From positions 9,236,764 to 9,300,763 of the forward strand of contig CM119264.1 of NCBI GenBank assembly GCA_051294375.1: a DNA stretch of 64,000 nt, written 5' to 3'. The stretch is from Paraspadella gotoi. Taxonomy: Eukaryota > Animalia > Chaetognatha. The notes beneath the pieces were generated by a model. That model saw only the letters and a program-made list of their open reading frames with translations, was not told where the DNA came from and did no database searches. Both the position numbers and the translations under genes were made by a program. Shown here in pieces: positions 25,641 through 39,357 of this stretch (positions are counted from its first letter, which is position 1; each line of letters opens with the position of its first letter).

Positions 25641-26864
25641 TTCACTCTTCGCTGCTCTTTTCTTCTTCAATCTCTTCTTCTCGCGCTTTATTGTTCATCT
25701 TTTTTATGCTGTGATTTTTGGATCGGAAAGAGATCGCTCCACCAACACCAATTACAGTATCTATCTGCTTCTATTGAATTAAATGTCTCTTAGTAAATCT
25801 ATAACGTTAGTAACTTAAAAGAATGATGCAGAAGACTATTAGGAAAGCTCGTGATAGTGGTAGTGCCAAACTTTGTTAATGGGGTGGGTCAGTAGTTTGA
25901 TTTGGGAACCTTCCCAAATGAAACTTCATACAATTCTGGGAAAGCTTTCAATGGACCAAAATTTTCTAAAATGGCTAGAAGCATTTTTAATATTTATTTA
26001 TAGATAGGAAATGTCAAAAATTTTTTTTGAATTTTTTATTTTTAAAAGCAGATTCAGATAGCTTATAAAAAGTTGTCTACACAAAGTATAATCTTTTTTT
26101 CAATATTTTGATGATAAGTGAGTCAAACTTGAGAAAAACCTAAAAAAATCATCCTCATCATCATCCTCCGATAATCTTAATAGTTTTTGCTAATTTTTAG
26201 TAATAAAACATCAAAATTTTAAAAAGTTGTAATTATATTTTTTGTTTAACTGTTTTAGATCTATCAGAATCAATTTAAAAAACTTAAAATATCTTAAAAA
26301 AATTGTTGACGTTATATAGCAATATAATAATATTAATTAACGAATTACTCCTGGTTCGGAACATTTTTGCAAAGAAATTTAAATTTGGTCGGCTAACGCT
26401 ATAGTGGAATCTGAAAATGACCACGTGTAGTATCTCTAATTAATTTTATTAAATTTATTGGTCATTAACTTAGGACCATCGTCTCATTGTACTTAGTTAT
26501 CGTATTTATTATTTACATATCGAGGTCATACAATATCTGAGTATCTCTTTTTATAGGAACTCACTTCGAATTATCTCGCTAACGATTTCCTTTGCCATCA
26601 GATGTTTTCCTTCCCTCGATTTATTCTTTTTTTCACAATATTTTTGTCTTTTTTGTTTTGTCGCCTTTTCGGCTCAGCCAGGCGTTATTTCGAGACGCTC
26701 AGCCAGGCGTCCAGGAGGTGTTCAGTCAGGCGAAAACGAGACTTCGCTTGGCCGAATTTCGGCGAGAGCTCACCTTATTCCTCTCGGATCGAATCACCGA
26801 GAAATCACCGAATCGCTAAATCTTTGGACCTCGTATTCAAAGGATTTCGTTCCACCCCCCCTCT

Positions 26865-26924
<60 letters not shown>

Positions 26925-27535
26925 CTCCTCTCTCTCACATGTTCTCTCTCTCTCTTTCCTAAGAAAATGATGTTTTAATTGGAGCCCGTTACCATAAAAT
27001 CTTCGCCAAGTGACCCTGAGCGGAAAGACTTCCCGACCTTCTCATTTCCCAACTCCCACTTCTTCTTTCCCATCTCCCGTTTCTCGTCTCTCATCTCCCA
27101 TCTCCCTATTTCTTCATTTTCCCTCATCCATACGACCTCATGATTTTTTTTAAAATTCATTCTGATTTGGACCTTCGACGAAGGCATCGAACTGAAAAAT
27201 ATTTCTTTCGACCTTATTTAAAAAAAAAAAACGGGGGGAAAAAACGAGTAAAAAGCTCAAAAAATATTTTTATGTCGCGTCATATCTACGTATTCTTTAT
27301 AATGATGACCCTGGCTTTAGTCTTTAAAAAAGTTTTCAAATTTTAAATGGCTAAAGGAATAGAAAAAAAAAAGAAAGAAACAAGAAGAAAGCAAGACGGA
27401 TGAAGGATGGAATGAAACTGTTAAAAAAAAAATAAAGCGAGTCGATGTCAGTAAAGAAGAGAAGGAAATACTTATTTCCCATTGGCATCTCTCATTGCCT
27501 GGAGATGATCTCGCTCTACGTGTCCTCTGCATATT

Positions 27536-27659
<124 letters not shown>

Positions 27660-27661
27660 AG

Positions 27662-28140
27662 TTGTCGACGCAAACATTGCCAAAGGCAAAAAATCGTCCG
27701 AAAAACGTTTTATGACAAATCGATTGCGTTATTCCGAATTGAGCGGAGAAATATTTGGTTCCCACCGGGAGACGAGGGATCGGTAGAGCGTAGCAGCGGC
27801 AGCTATCGATTTTTTTATTTTGAAAAAAAAAGAGCAAGAGTAAGTCCAAAATAACGTGGCGGAAGAGTCGAGAAAAAAAGAAAAAGGATACAAAAAAGAA
27901 AAAAAGAAAAGAAAAAACACGAAAATGATAAAAAGAAGGTATTAAAGAAAACAGTAAAGAAAGAATGAATGAAAAAAAAGTGAAAAAAAGAAAGAAAGAA
28001 AAAAAGATATCGCTCTCCTGTCTTAGTTCAGCCCCGGGGACAAGATTGATCACTTGTTTATAGCAAAATCGTTTCCACAAAAGCCGCCAGTCGTCACTGC
28101 GATTTGCGCCCTCTCTCGCCAAAACCTCTTGCCAATTTAA
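27662..28140 (+). CDS. Two candidate exons of an unknown gene, convergent with the Tctex gene
   Basis: 27662-27839 (cccag|...|gtaagt) and 28027-28140 (cttag|...TAA) are phase-compatible and open. No homology is recognised. Confidence 0.25.
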
Positions 28141-28595
28141 GGCCGTCGTAAAGTCAAAGACCCAACAGCAAATCACCCAAAGCACTGGCTGAAAAAAACG
28201 CTGTTGGTAAGTTTAACCAAAGACCGCCCAATTAACAAACAACTAATTAATCATACAATTTGATTCGGAGTGTAAATTCACACCTCGTCATCTCGACCTT
28301 CTCAGTTTAGGAATCAAACCGAACGAAAACAGATTAAAATTACTAAAAAAATAATGTTTATTTACTTTATTCACTTTTCTAAAATAATTATAACGAAGAA
28401 ACCAAATCCTTTCCTTACGTAAATATTTCAATGTTTCCGTTAATCAATTTTTTTCTTTCTCGTTTCCTTCATCCCTTTCATTTTTCTCTTCCTCCTCTTT
28501 TCGTTTCGTCGTCTCCTCACATCATCTCTCCACCTCCCCCCCTAGTTCACGGCCAATCTCCCCCCCCCCTCCGTCCCCCTTCACTAAAAGAATGT

Positions 28596-28946
28596 TCAAT
28601 CGGTGAAAAAAGCCCAGACGGCGGCGTTGCACGTGAAGGTTTTGCCGAAAAACGAAGCTTCCATGTAGTCGTCGAAGGCTTCGTAACACAAGGCCCTGCG
28701 ACAGTGGATGGGGGGAGGAGGAAAAATTAGTCTGCTGAAAAATTACATCGCTTGGGACAAAAAGTGGGGATAAAAAGAATCAGGGAATACAGGGTGTCGA
28801 AAAAAAATTAGTTTCGATGTTTGCGGTGCGAGCGATAATAAGATTAAAACGATAAAGTTCGGCTTTCATAAATTATAATTTTCAAGGAAACAACAGAGCA
28901 TTTTTTATTGTTGACGAGCAGAAGATCTCAAAATTCGTCAACTTCA

Positions 28947-28981
<35 letters not shown>

Positions 28982-29576
28982 CTCTCCGTCAACTTTCTTT
29001 GTCATCACCTCATTTTTCGTCGCCATTAGATTCTCCTCGATGCTCATTTGTCATCGCAATGTTTTTATCGCGGTTACTTAGCCTCGTTTTTTCTCGGTTT
29101 ATGTTCGTCGTCGTCGTCGTCCTCGTTATCGGTGTCGTCGTCGTCGTCGTCGTCGTCGTCGTCCACCGTCACCTGGAGGCGACGTGAATGGAGGTGGAGT
29201 TCTCCTCTGGATCCTGCTCCACCATCGTGACCTGCACCACGAACTTGTAACGAGGGCAAAACGTGCCTGAAAAAAAAAAGTCGGCGCACGTGACAACTCT
29301 TTTTAACTCTCACTCTTATTTTTGATCCCTTTCCTCAGTTTTTACTTCCTTCCTTCCTTCGTCCCTTCGCTTTTTTTATCTTCCCTTGCTTTCCTTTCTT
29401 CCTTTTTTCCTCTCAACTTCCTTCACGTTTTTTTTCTGTTTTCTTTTCTTCCCACCTTTTTTTCTTTCTCTATTTCCTTTTCGACAGTTAATGAAAGGCA
29501 TCATTTCAATTTATATTTATATTTTTATCTTTCTCCATTTTCCACTTTACTTTCTCATTTTAATCGCGTCCCTAGT

Positions 29577-29622
<46 letters not shown>

Positions 29623-29920
29623 AGAGTTCTCTCCCCACGAAATCTTGATCAACTTTCAATCTCGGTTTTTTTCTCCAACGAATAAAGAAAAAAAGTTTAG
29701 CCTAAAAAAGCTAATAACACCCCTTTTTTTTCAATGAAAATGAAAAAGGAAAAAAATAGTAAAGATTAAATTTTTCTCTTTTCTTTTTCGCGCCGAGATT
29801 AAGTTTTAAAAGTCACGTGACTCTGACTCAATCGTCGTTGAAGGGAACGAAATTGAAAGCAGACAAGTCAGTTATGAAATTGCGAACCAAGCCGAGCGAG
29901 CTTAGGAAAGGCGGGGAATA

Positions 29921-30008
<88 letters not shown>

Positions 30009-30575
30009 TTAGACGAAAATTTATTATTTAATTTTCCTTTCCTCGGGATTAAGAAATCCTAAATGCTATCTCCTAAATCTTACTTTTTAATCTCGGTCCT
30101 TCAATTCCTTTGAGCCTGAAGATCCTCCGCCATTTTTACAACTCCCTGACCCCCTCGACCTTTCAAAACCCTGACCCTTCGATCCCCGAAAACTCACAGA
30201 GGAGATCCTTGATCCTGTCGCGGATTTGCGCGGAGAGCAGCATCGTCATCGTCCGCGTCTTCAGCTGCTGATACTCGTGTTCGGCCAACTTCTCGTTGAG
30301 GATTCGTGGAAATGAGAGAAGAGAGAAGATAGAAGAGTATTAATCGATAAAAAAAGCTTGGGTCGGTTCGGTTGATGAGGTTTAATTGCTAATAATTAAC
30401 AATGAACTTTTCATAGATTGATTTACAGATTAATAGATGAAATAGACTAGATTGATCGATTGATCGATGATTAGGATAACCTATCTTGTAAATACGACTT
30501 GAGAGTCCAGAGTGGAACCCTCAAGTCCGGTTCCATCCGGTAGGTCGTTGGTTTTTCTTTCTTCGGAGCGAACAT
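28596..30575 (-). CDS. Tctex-1 family dynein light chain (Tctex1-domain protein), 4 exons, 131 aa
   Basis: Manually spliced exons 30575-30481, 30304-30198, 29266-29173 and 28695-28596 join in phase (95+107+94+100 nt). Product: MFAPKKEKPTTYRMEPDLRVPLWTLKSYLQDRILNEKLAEHEYQQLKTRTMTMLLSAQIRDRIKDLLCTFCPRYKFVVQVTMVEQDPEENSTSIHVASRALCYEAFDDYMEASFFGKTFTCNAAVWAFFTD-TGA. TYRMEP, PRYKFVVQV, VASR.L and the C-terminal beta strands are hallmarks of the Tctex-1 family. Introns 2 and 3 are GT-AG. The intron 1 acceptor reads CACG rather than CACAG, probably a 1-nt assembly error. Confidence 0.9.
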
Positions 30576-31087
30576 GATGATCTTTTGTTTACTTTTTTTC
30601 GAATCGAAAATATAAATGAATAAAAAATAACCGCGAAATAAATGTAGTGTTATTTTTTATGGTGGAAAAGAAATGAAGAGAAGAATCTTGGGATCTTTTT
30701 AAAAAAAGTTAAAATATGAAACGAATTTGTACGAGCGAAATGCGGCGGCCGAGCGATATTATAAATAATTGTAACCGAAATTCATTTCTCTCATTTTTCT
30801 CTCTTTATTTACACGCGGCATCCTGTAGAAAAAGGTAAGTCTTGCGGCGTCAGCGCATTAAAAATAGACGGTGCATACTATGATATTGTTGAATGAAAAA
30901 GCTTGGGTAGACTATGAAAAGGCTATGAACGAAGATAGCAAAAGAGAAAAAAAAATAATGGAAATGAATGCATTTTTCGGTGAATGATCGTCGTTATATT
31001 CGAAGTACTATCGTCCCTTACGCCAACAAAATGTTTCCTTTTTGTGTCAGTATGTGCTTTGCTGTTTGCTTACAGTTCTTTTTGTCC

Positions 31088-31132
<45 letters not shown>

Positions 31133-31223
31133 TTTCTTTCTTTCTTTCTTTTCTTTCTTTTCTTTCTTTCTTCTTTCTCTTTTCTTTCTTTCTTTCTTTC
31201 TTTTATTCTTTTCTTCTTTTTTT

Positions 31224-31260
<37 letters not shown>

Positions 31261-31265
31261 TTTCT

Positions 31266-31297
<32 letters not shown>

Positions 31298-31459
31298 TTC
31301 TTTCTTTCTTTCTTTCCGTATTTCCTTCTCACTTTCCCGCTTGTCGTCATTCTTTCCTTCCGCTCGACTTCAGGTGGCAATTTTCCTTCCTCCCGTTTCT
31401 CCGTCTGGCATCTTTATGTTGGATTCGATCGAGGATTCATTTGGCAGATTTTGGATGAG

Positions 31460-32070
31460 GAGGAGAGTTAAATGGAGGAAGAAGAAGAGAACGGGAAGAG
31501 TGTAAAGGAGGAAGACAAAAAAGAGAGTGAAAATGAGAAAGTAGAAGGGGAGGAGTGTGAAAAGGAGGAAGAAAAAGAGGAGAAAAGAGTTAAAAGGAGA
31601 AGGTAGAAGAGAACGGGAAGAGTGTAAAGGAGGAAGACAAAAAGGAGAGAGAAAAGGATGAAGAAGAATGGGAGGAGTATGAAAATGAGGAAGAAAAAGA
31701 GGAGAAAAAGAGTTAAAAGGAGGAAGAAGAAGAGAACGGAAAGAGTGTAAAGGAGGAAGACAAAAAAGAGAGTGAAAGGGAGGAAGAAGAATGGGAGGAG
31801 TGTGAAATGGAGGAAGAAAAAGAGGAGAGAAAGAGCTAAAAGAAGGAAGAAGAAAATAACGGGAAGAGGGTAAAGGAGGAAGACAAAAAGGAGAGTGAAA
31901 AGGAGGAAGAAGAATGGAAGGAGTGTGAAAAGGAGGAAGAAAAAGAGGAGAAAAAGAGTTAAAAGGAGGAAGAAAAAGAGAACGGGAAGAGTGTAAAGGA
32001 GGAAGACTAAAAGGAGAGTGAAAAGATGGAAGAAGAAGGGGAGGAGCGTGAAAAGGAGGAAGAAAAAGAA
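31460..32070. repeat. Purine-rich 123-bp minisatellite, ~5 copies
   Basis: The anchor ACGG(G/A)AAGAG recurs at 31491, 31613, 31736, 31859 and 31982. Internal subrepeats resemble AGAGTG(T/A)AAAGGAGGAAGA. Confidence 0.88.
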
Positions 32071-33226
32071 GGGATGATTGTTAAAAAGGAGAAAAAGGAG
32101 GTGGGAAATGGGAAAGTGAAAGAAGAAGGAAAAAATCTAGGAATGAGAAAGACGAGGAGCGGTAAAGTGAAGGAACGGAAAACCAAGTTTGGTGAATAAG
32201 AAGGGATAGAGATTACGTGGGGGAGTGAAGTAATTATAAGAAGAGAAAAATAGGCGGGGGTCCTGGGGAAACATCGTGGTAGTAAGAGATTTAAGCGAGG
32301 GCATAGTGCGGAGCAAGGAGAAGCTTGAGGGAAAGAAAGTCTACAAGAGTGAAAAGTGATTCGGTTGAAGAGAAGGAGAATGAGAGGAAGAGGAAGAGGA
32401 AGAAGAAGAGGAAGAAGAAGAGGAAGAGATCCGTCGATCTTCATCCCATTAACGGTCGTCTTCTGCAGGCGAGGATTTTAATTGATGATTTCTGGTAAAA
32501 TTAACCAAGCTTAATCCGCTTGCTATTTGATAGACTTTCATGGCGATGTTTTTCCGTTACAATCACATCGTTTCTAATTTTTTTTTTTTGCGTTTCTGTT
32601 TGGATTTTTTTTTTGTTTTTTTTTATTTCATTTTCCCTTTTTTTATGTACTAATTGGTCTATCAGATCCATCTACTGGTCCATTTCCTACGATGGTGTGA
32701 TGGTGTGATGGTGTGATGGTGTGAGGTTGAATAGAAAGAACGTGAAAGAGAGGCTTTTTAAAAGAATGTACCCTCAAAAAATTGACCTTTGTTGTTATTC
32801 CTATTTTATTAAAAAACCGCCACTCAATATATTTCTATGCGTTACTTACTATTCCTTAAAATATAGATTTGGTTTGGTACAATGTATAATTAATATTTTT
32901 TAAGTCCACAACATTTTACCCAAGTTCTCACCCCGAGAGAAATAAAAAGAACAAGAAAACATTAAAACAAAAAAACTTTTTAAAAAAATGGCCTCAGAAC
33001 CGAAGGGGAAAAAACAGAATATAAAAAAAGAGAGGAAAGAAAAAAAAGGGAAATACGGTGTTGATGTCCGGCTCTCTCTGCTTCTCTGCTTTTCTGCAAT
33101 TGCTGAGTTACGACGATATGTCCCCCTTGAGGCTTGAAACTTGAGGGTTGGACGGACAGGAGGGGATGAATGGATTGAAGAGATTGTAGGGTGGATGGAA
33201 AGGATATTAAAAGGGACAAGGGGATG

Positions 33227-33316
<90 letters not shown>

Positions 33317-33643
33317 ATGGAAGGGGATTGGATGGAACCGAGGAGATGAGGACTACAAAGAATAGAAGAAAAGAGTGGAAACAGAGATGGAGGAGAAGTG
33401 GTTCTGGGGGGGAAGTAAGAATGATGCCAGATTGAATGGAGAAATACTATATAGAAGAGGAATTTAGGATTAGGTAGTAGGGAAGGAAATTACTTGAGAT
33501 TCTTCTAATTTTTGTGAGTCCTTTGTGAGACCTTTGCTTTGCTTTAGTTTTAGCTTTCCCAGGTTTTTTATTTCATGGTGGATAAAACGTCTTTTTTCAA
33601 CGCCCACAAGACGATTTAGTGGTTAATTTGATTAAAATCAATT

Positions 33644-33844
33644 TATGAAATTGGTACAACCAATATAAAAATTATCAATTCATTTAATAAATAAGCTATC
33701 CTGCCCATGACTTTGGATAGGCTTTGGTGGTTTAAGGCCTCCATCACTCTAACAAGATATTGACATAGCAGCATTATGTAATTAGCAGGTAGCCTGTTTA
33801 TTGCATTAATAAATTATTTACATATTAGTTGTACCGATTTTATA
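33644..33844. mobile_element. MITE (~200 bp) with ~60-bp imperfect TIRs, TA ends
   Basis: Left arm TATGAAATTGGTACAACCAATATAAAATTATC...AATAAATAAGCTATCCTGC matches the reverse complement of the right arm, TATAAAATCGGTACAACTAATATGTAAATAAT...AATAAACAGGCTACCTGC. A partial second copy lies at 37459. Confidence 0.75.
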
Positions 33845-35535
33845 TTGGGGTTTGATCACCTCTTGAAACCACCTACTTTTGTATAAAATACGCGAGCGCC
33901 TTATCGAAAAAAACAAAAAGTAGATGGAAAGAGAAAAACAAATGAGTTCCTTTTTTCTATTTGAAAACCTCTCACCGGAAAAAATTCAGAGAGAGAGAAA
34001 TAAAAAAAAAGTAATTAGCGTATTTGTTAACAAACAACTCGAGAAAGGGAAATTCACAATTAAGGAAAAAAGGTAAAAATTGAAAAAAACAAAAAAAATA
34101 AAAATAAACAAAAATATTCAAAAACAATTAAAAGAAGAACAAAACAAAAAGGTTTCTTCCTGTGCCTAATCAATCTCGTTCAAGATTCGATTAAATTCTT
34201 CCGGGAAATCCTTTATTTATTCTTTGTTTGTTTGTTTTCATTCAAATCGGGCGTTTATGCGACGGCGACGACGACGAAGAAGGCGACGACAACGACGGCG
34301 CTGAGATGCTAATGGGATATTTGTTGCTTCTCGATCGTCGACCCGTGTTGGCAGAAGGAGGAGAGGCGAAAAGAGGAAATCTTCTTAAAGCATTAAGGCT
34401 TCCGTTTTTAGTTCTTCTTTCCTGGATGTGGGTGGCCTCTGTGGAGAGAGCTCTTTTCATTGTTTGAACATTTTTATCTAGATTTGCATAGCTAGTTTGC
34501 ATTTAAATAAGATCTGGATAGCATCTTTTTCGTTTGTTTGTTATTTTGTCTGTAGATTTTTTGCTGCGTCGTTTAATATTTCCAATTTCTTTTCTTCTCT
34601 TTGGTGAATTTAATAGGTCTGTCGAGATCTTTAATTTTTAATCATTTTAATTAGTTTCTATTCTCGGTTTTTCTGATTTGATGTCAGTGGTCGGACGTTT
34701 ATGTCCAAAAATTTGGTAAGTTTCGGAGTAAAACGTCGAATTGATTATTTCTTGGGTGACTCAACATTTGGGTTTTTTTAGGCCGTTTTCTGGGCTGCCT
34801 CCGTCGTCTCCGTGAACTTCCACTTGTGTAGCGTTTCTATCCTCGCGTAAAAAGTGATAATATTTTTCCCCGGAAAAAAAAGTCGCAACGTTTTATAAAT
34901 CACCACTCTCTGTCCCCCCTCTACCCCCCCCCTCTATCGCGAGCCATTATCGCAGCCGCGACAACTTAATTTTATGTCTCGCTAATAAAATGAGAAAAAA
35001 AAAAAGCCGACTGTTACAAGTTAATGCTATTTCCTCATCAGAAGCCGACCATAACGAAGGCGAGTGGGGCTGCTGGGTGGGATGACCGAAAAAAAGGCGG
35101 CTTCATTAACTTTATGAAGTAAGTCGACCGAAAAATTGACGACATTAAGAATATTAAGTTCATAAATATTATGATCCATCGTCGGAATTATGGGACGTTT
35201 AACGTTTCGGGGAGAATCGTCGCAAGAAAAGAATATCACGAGGCTCCCGGTTGTGTTCTCTTTTGTATTTTCTGTTTTTGAATGTTATTGATTAAATTAT
35301 ATTTTAATAATTTTACTCTTTTTAAAAATAACGCTACCATTAAAATCGCGACTTGTCTTGAAGAAAACCCTCTTGCCCCGCAAAACCACTTCTCCCAGAA
35401 AAAGATTCATGACGACAGTTTCGGTCGGGCGAATCAGCGTCGCCGGCGCGTGACCGTCGCCCGATGGACCAAAGGCACTATCCTTTGTCTTTTCTACTCT
35501 CTCTGTCTCTCTCTGTCTCTCTCTGTCTCTCTCTG

Positions 35536-35574
<39 letters not shown>

Positions 35575-35680
35575 TGTTCCGTCGTTTCTTATCCTCTTTC
35601 CTGTCCGTCACACTTTATCTCTTTGGTCGTTTTTTTTTCTTGAATTTGATGTGTAATGGAAGAATAAAAATATTCTCTCT

Positions 35681-35715
<35 letters not shown>

Positions 35716-37458
35716 CCCCATCCTTTCCTTTCCTCTCCTCGTCATTCTCTCTTCTTATATTTCTACTCATGTTGAGTCATGGGATTTTCACGTGAAATTT
35801 TCCACAAAAAAAAAACTCTTCTCTCCCCAAAAATACGAGAGAAAGGGGCGCGTCTTTATGCGCGAGTATTTTCTGATTCGAAGCCACGACTTTTCGGCGT
35901 GAATCTTTCCAGATATTTTTTTGTCGGAATGTTTTTTTTTCTCCCTCGTCTCTGTCGCGCCGCGTTGCGCATTGTGGTCCCTCGTTGACGTCGAAACTCT
36001 GAGAATTGAGAAAGTTTCTTCATAACCGAACTCGTGTTTGCTGTTTTCTCTGGATTTCAGATTACAGATGGAGATGTTCCCTTTCATCCCCGACTACGTA
36101 CACATCGAATTCGCCATCGATTCTCATCCTCAGAAATCTCTTTGTCTCAAGTATCGTTGTATTTACGTCTCCGGCATCTTCCGTTTAACTCGACTCTGTA
36201 TCGATATGAATCTGTTTTCAATCTCTCTCTCTCTCTCTGTTTGTATTCAGACGATTTTCATTAGTCCCAACGTTTCCATCGGGGATTCTTTCTTCTTCTA
36301 ATCTCCTCTCAGTCAGCGTTTTGAATTCAAGAGCTTCTTCTTTTAGACCGAATTATTTCCTTTTTTTTCGGATTCCTTTTTTTTTTATTTTCTCCTTCGC
36401 ATCATATTTTCCTTCATCTCCGGGCTGTTTTTATCTTTCTCTTTTTTTTTTACGGTTAACTTTTTGTCCCATTTTCATTATTTTCTTTTGCTTGGTTCAT
36501 TATCGTTTTCTCTTCCTCCAAACGATAATCCTCCAAAATCCAATTTGCTAATTTATGTCGTTCTCGAAGAGAGACCAATCTTACTAACATCACTGTTGGT
36601 AAACTTTTGATACAACTTTAATGATGTGAGGTGAGAAATTTCAATTTTCTCGGCTTCTAAAATAGAATAAAAAAAATTATTACTTTTTTCGCCTAATCTT
36701 TATAAAGGCAAAACCGTTGTTGTATTCTTTTTTTTGGCCTAATCTTTAAAAAGACAAACATTTTCTCGTCATTTTCGTCGATCGATAGACGGAAGCCGCT
36801 CTTGTTCTAAGTTTTTTAATCTTGTATTTCCTAAATGTATCGACGGCTTCTCTATTATCAAAGAGAGGGTGACATCGCCAAACAAGCGGAAAACACTTTT
36901 CTCTCTCTTTCTTTCCCTCTCTTTTCTCTTACTCGCTTACTCCCTTACCCTACCTTCCATCAATAACATTCGATATTATCTCGTAAATTATACCTTTGGT
37001 TAATGATTCAGGTCAATCCTCGGTTTTCATTTCCTCAGTTTTATCATCGTCATCCATCATAACATTGGGTCTCTTCATTTTCGGGTTCGGCATCCGTCAT
37101 ATCATCTCTTCTTTTCTTTTTCTGTCTCATTTCTCTCCTCTTTACTCCCGGAGCCGCTTTACCTCTTCGTCTTTCTTCGTCCACTTCTTTTTTTTCTTTT
37201 CTGAGATTCGGCAGTCTCAATTTTCTAGAAATACAGTTCGGGTCGTTGTGTCGGACAGGTGCACGGCGTGTAATAAGTTGGGATAGTCAGTTATCAAACA
37301 GATGGAATCTTATGTGGAAGTATTTGAGATGATAAAAGTTTTCTTATCTCGAATTTTAAGGCAACGAAAAAGAAATGTACAAGTGGAAATATTTAAACAT
37401 AATATTCTAACCAATTTTATACAGGATCCTTCACATTTCATTTAAGAAATATTTTGAA

Positions 37459-37545
37459 TATGAAATTGGTACAATCAATACAAAATTTATCTATTCAGTC
37501 AATAAAGCTATCTTGCCCCTGACTTTGGACAGGCTATGGTGGTTC
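37459..37545 (+). mobile_element. Partial copy (left half) of the 33644-33844 MITE
   Basis: TATGAAATTGGTACAATCAATAC...AAGCTATCTTGCCCCTGACTTTGGACAGGCTATGGTGGTT aligns to 33644-33732. Confidence 0.7.
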
Positions 37546-37967
37546 AAAATATAAATTATAAGTAAATGAGATAAAGAAAAGCAAAACGTACAGAAGATGG
37601 TTGAAGAAACGTTTTTCAAGCGGCCATCTCTCTCTCTTAGTCTCAAGATCAATTACTTCGTCCCAATTTCATAGACAATTTGCATGATTGTCTTCTTTTC
37701 ATGTACATCTGCTACATTATTGTTCTCTTTCTCTCTTTGACTCTTTCTGCCCCTCTCTCTTGCTGCCTCTCTCTGTCTCCCTCTCTCTTTCCCTCTCTCT
37801 CTCGATTTCTCTTCTAGTTTTCCTTTTTTTCCCCTTATATTTTTTGTCGTCACCGCCCTGAGTCCAAGGAAAGGAGAGAGTTTAGGTCAAAATATTTGGG
37901 ATCACCTCTGAGAATCTGAAAACTCAGGGGGAATTTCGCCAAAACAAAAATCTCCGCCGCTTTGTCC

Positions 37968-38094
<127 letters not shown>

Positions 38095-38439
38095 AAGAAA
38101 GGGGGAAGGGTTGATAGAAATCGATTACTGGTATTTTTTGTAAGCTCAATTAAAACTGTTTCTTCATAATTTTGTTTTTTATATTTATGTTGTGGTTTTG
38201 GGTTGTGAATTGTGTGACCCCAATTTGTTTTCCCCTCGTTCCGATTTAGTCCCCATAATGGTGACGGAGTTCCACTGTGAAAAGGACGGTCGCCAAGCAG
38301 GAGGAGGACAATGAGGGAAATGCGAACTTTCATTGTCGGGGAAACACGATATTCAAGCAGCTGAACAGGAGGCGGTAGACCAAATATTTCTATGGTGACG
38401 ATGAAAAAGTAGACGCCATTTCTCAATGGAAGAGAGAAA

Positions 38440-38505
<66 letters not shown>

Positions 38506-38722
38506 CAAGAGCCTGACCGGAAATGGGGCGGTGAGAAAGGGCAGAGAAATGAAACGCGGGAAATTGTCTTCTGAGAGCAGAGAATGGCGCGAAAGTGGCG
38601 CCGAATGGCGTAGGGTCAAATTTCGTTTGATGGCGCCGAACGACCCTTTCCTTTTTTCCTTCTGCTCTTTGAGCTCTCTCTCTCTGCATCGATGTCTCAC
38701 TTTCTGTCTATCGGTCTGTCAG

Positions 38723-38768
<46 letters not shown>

Positions 38769-39253
38769 GCAGTTATTCCCGCCTTTCTTTCATTTCCTCG
38801 TAACGAGCGCTTCCTCCATTCAACGCTTCACTTTTCGGTCTTTCTTTATTTTCTCTCGACCTCCAAACCGAGTCACAGCGCCATCTTTCTTCACTCAGTT
38901 TTTAGATTTAACTGTCAACTCAGTCTCCACGGATGTTGGTTTTTCGTTTACCCCGGATTCTCTTTCGTGTGGATTGTGATTTTACGTCTCCATCAAGTCG
39001 TGACTCGTGACATCTGTTTAAAATAAGGTATTTGGGGACTTTCATCATATGCGTCTTTTACAAGTTATTTTTTAAAGTATTTTGAAATTATTAGAAATAG
39101 TAAAAAATTGTATTCTATAAACACAAACTATTTATATCATTGTCGTTGTTTATGCCATTGTCATTCTCCTTTTTTTCTTCTTAATATTTTTTTTTCGGTC
39201 GCCTTTTTTTCGTTGATCTTTTCCGAACTCATTTTCGTTCTATATTTTCCGCA

Positions 39254-39357
<104 letters not shown>

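Noticed and set aside
25855-26401. AT-rich segment with possible TIRs
   Set aside because: The terminal similarity is too weak and no TSD could be identified.
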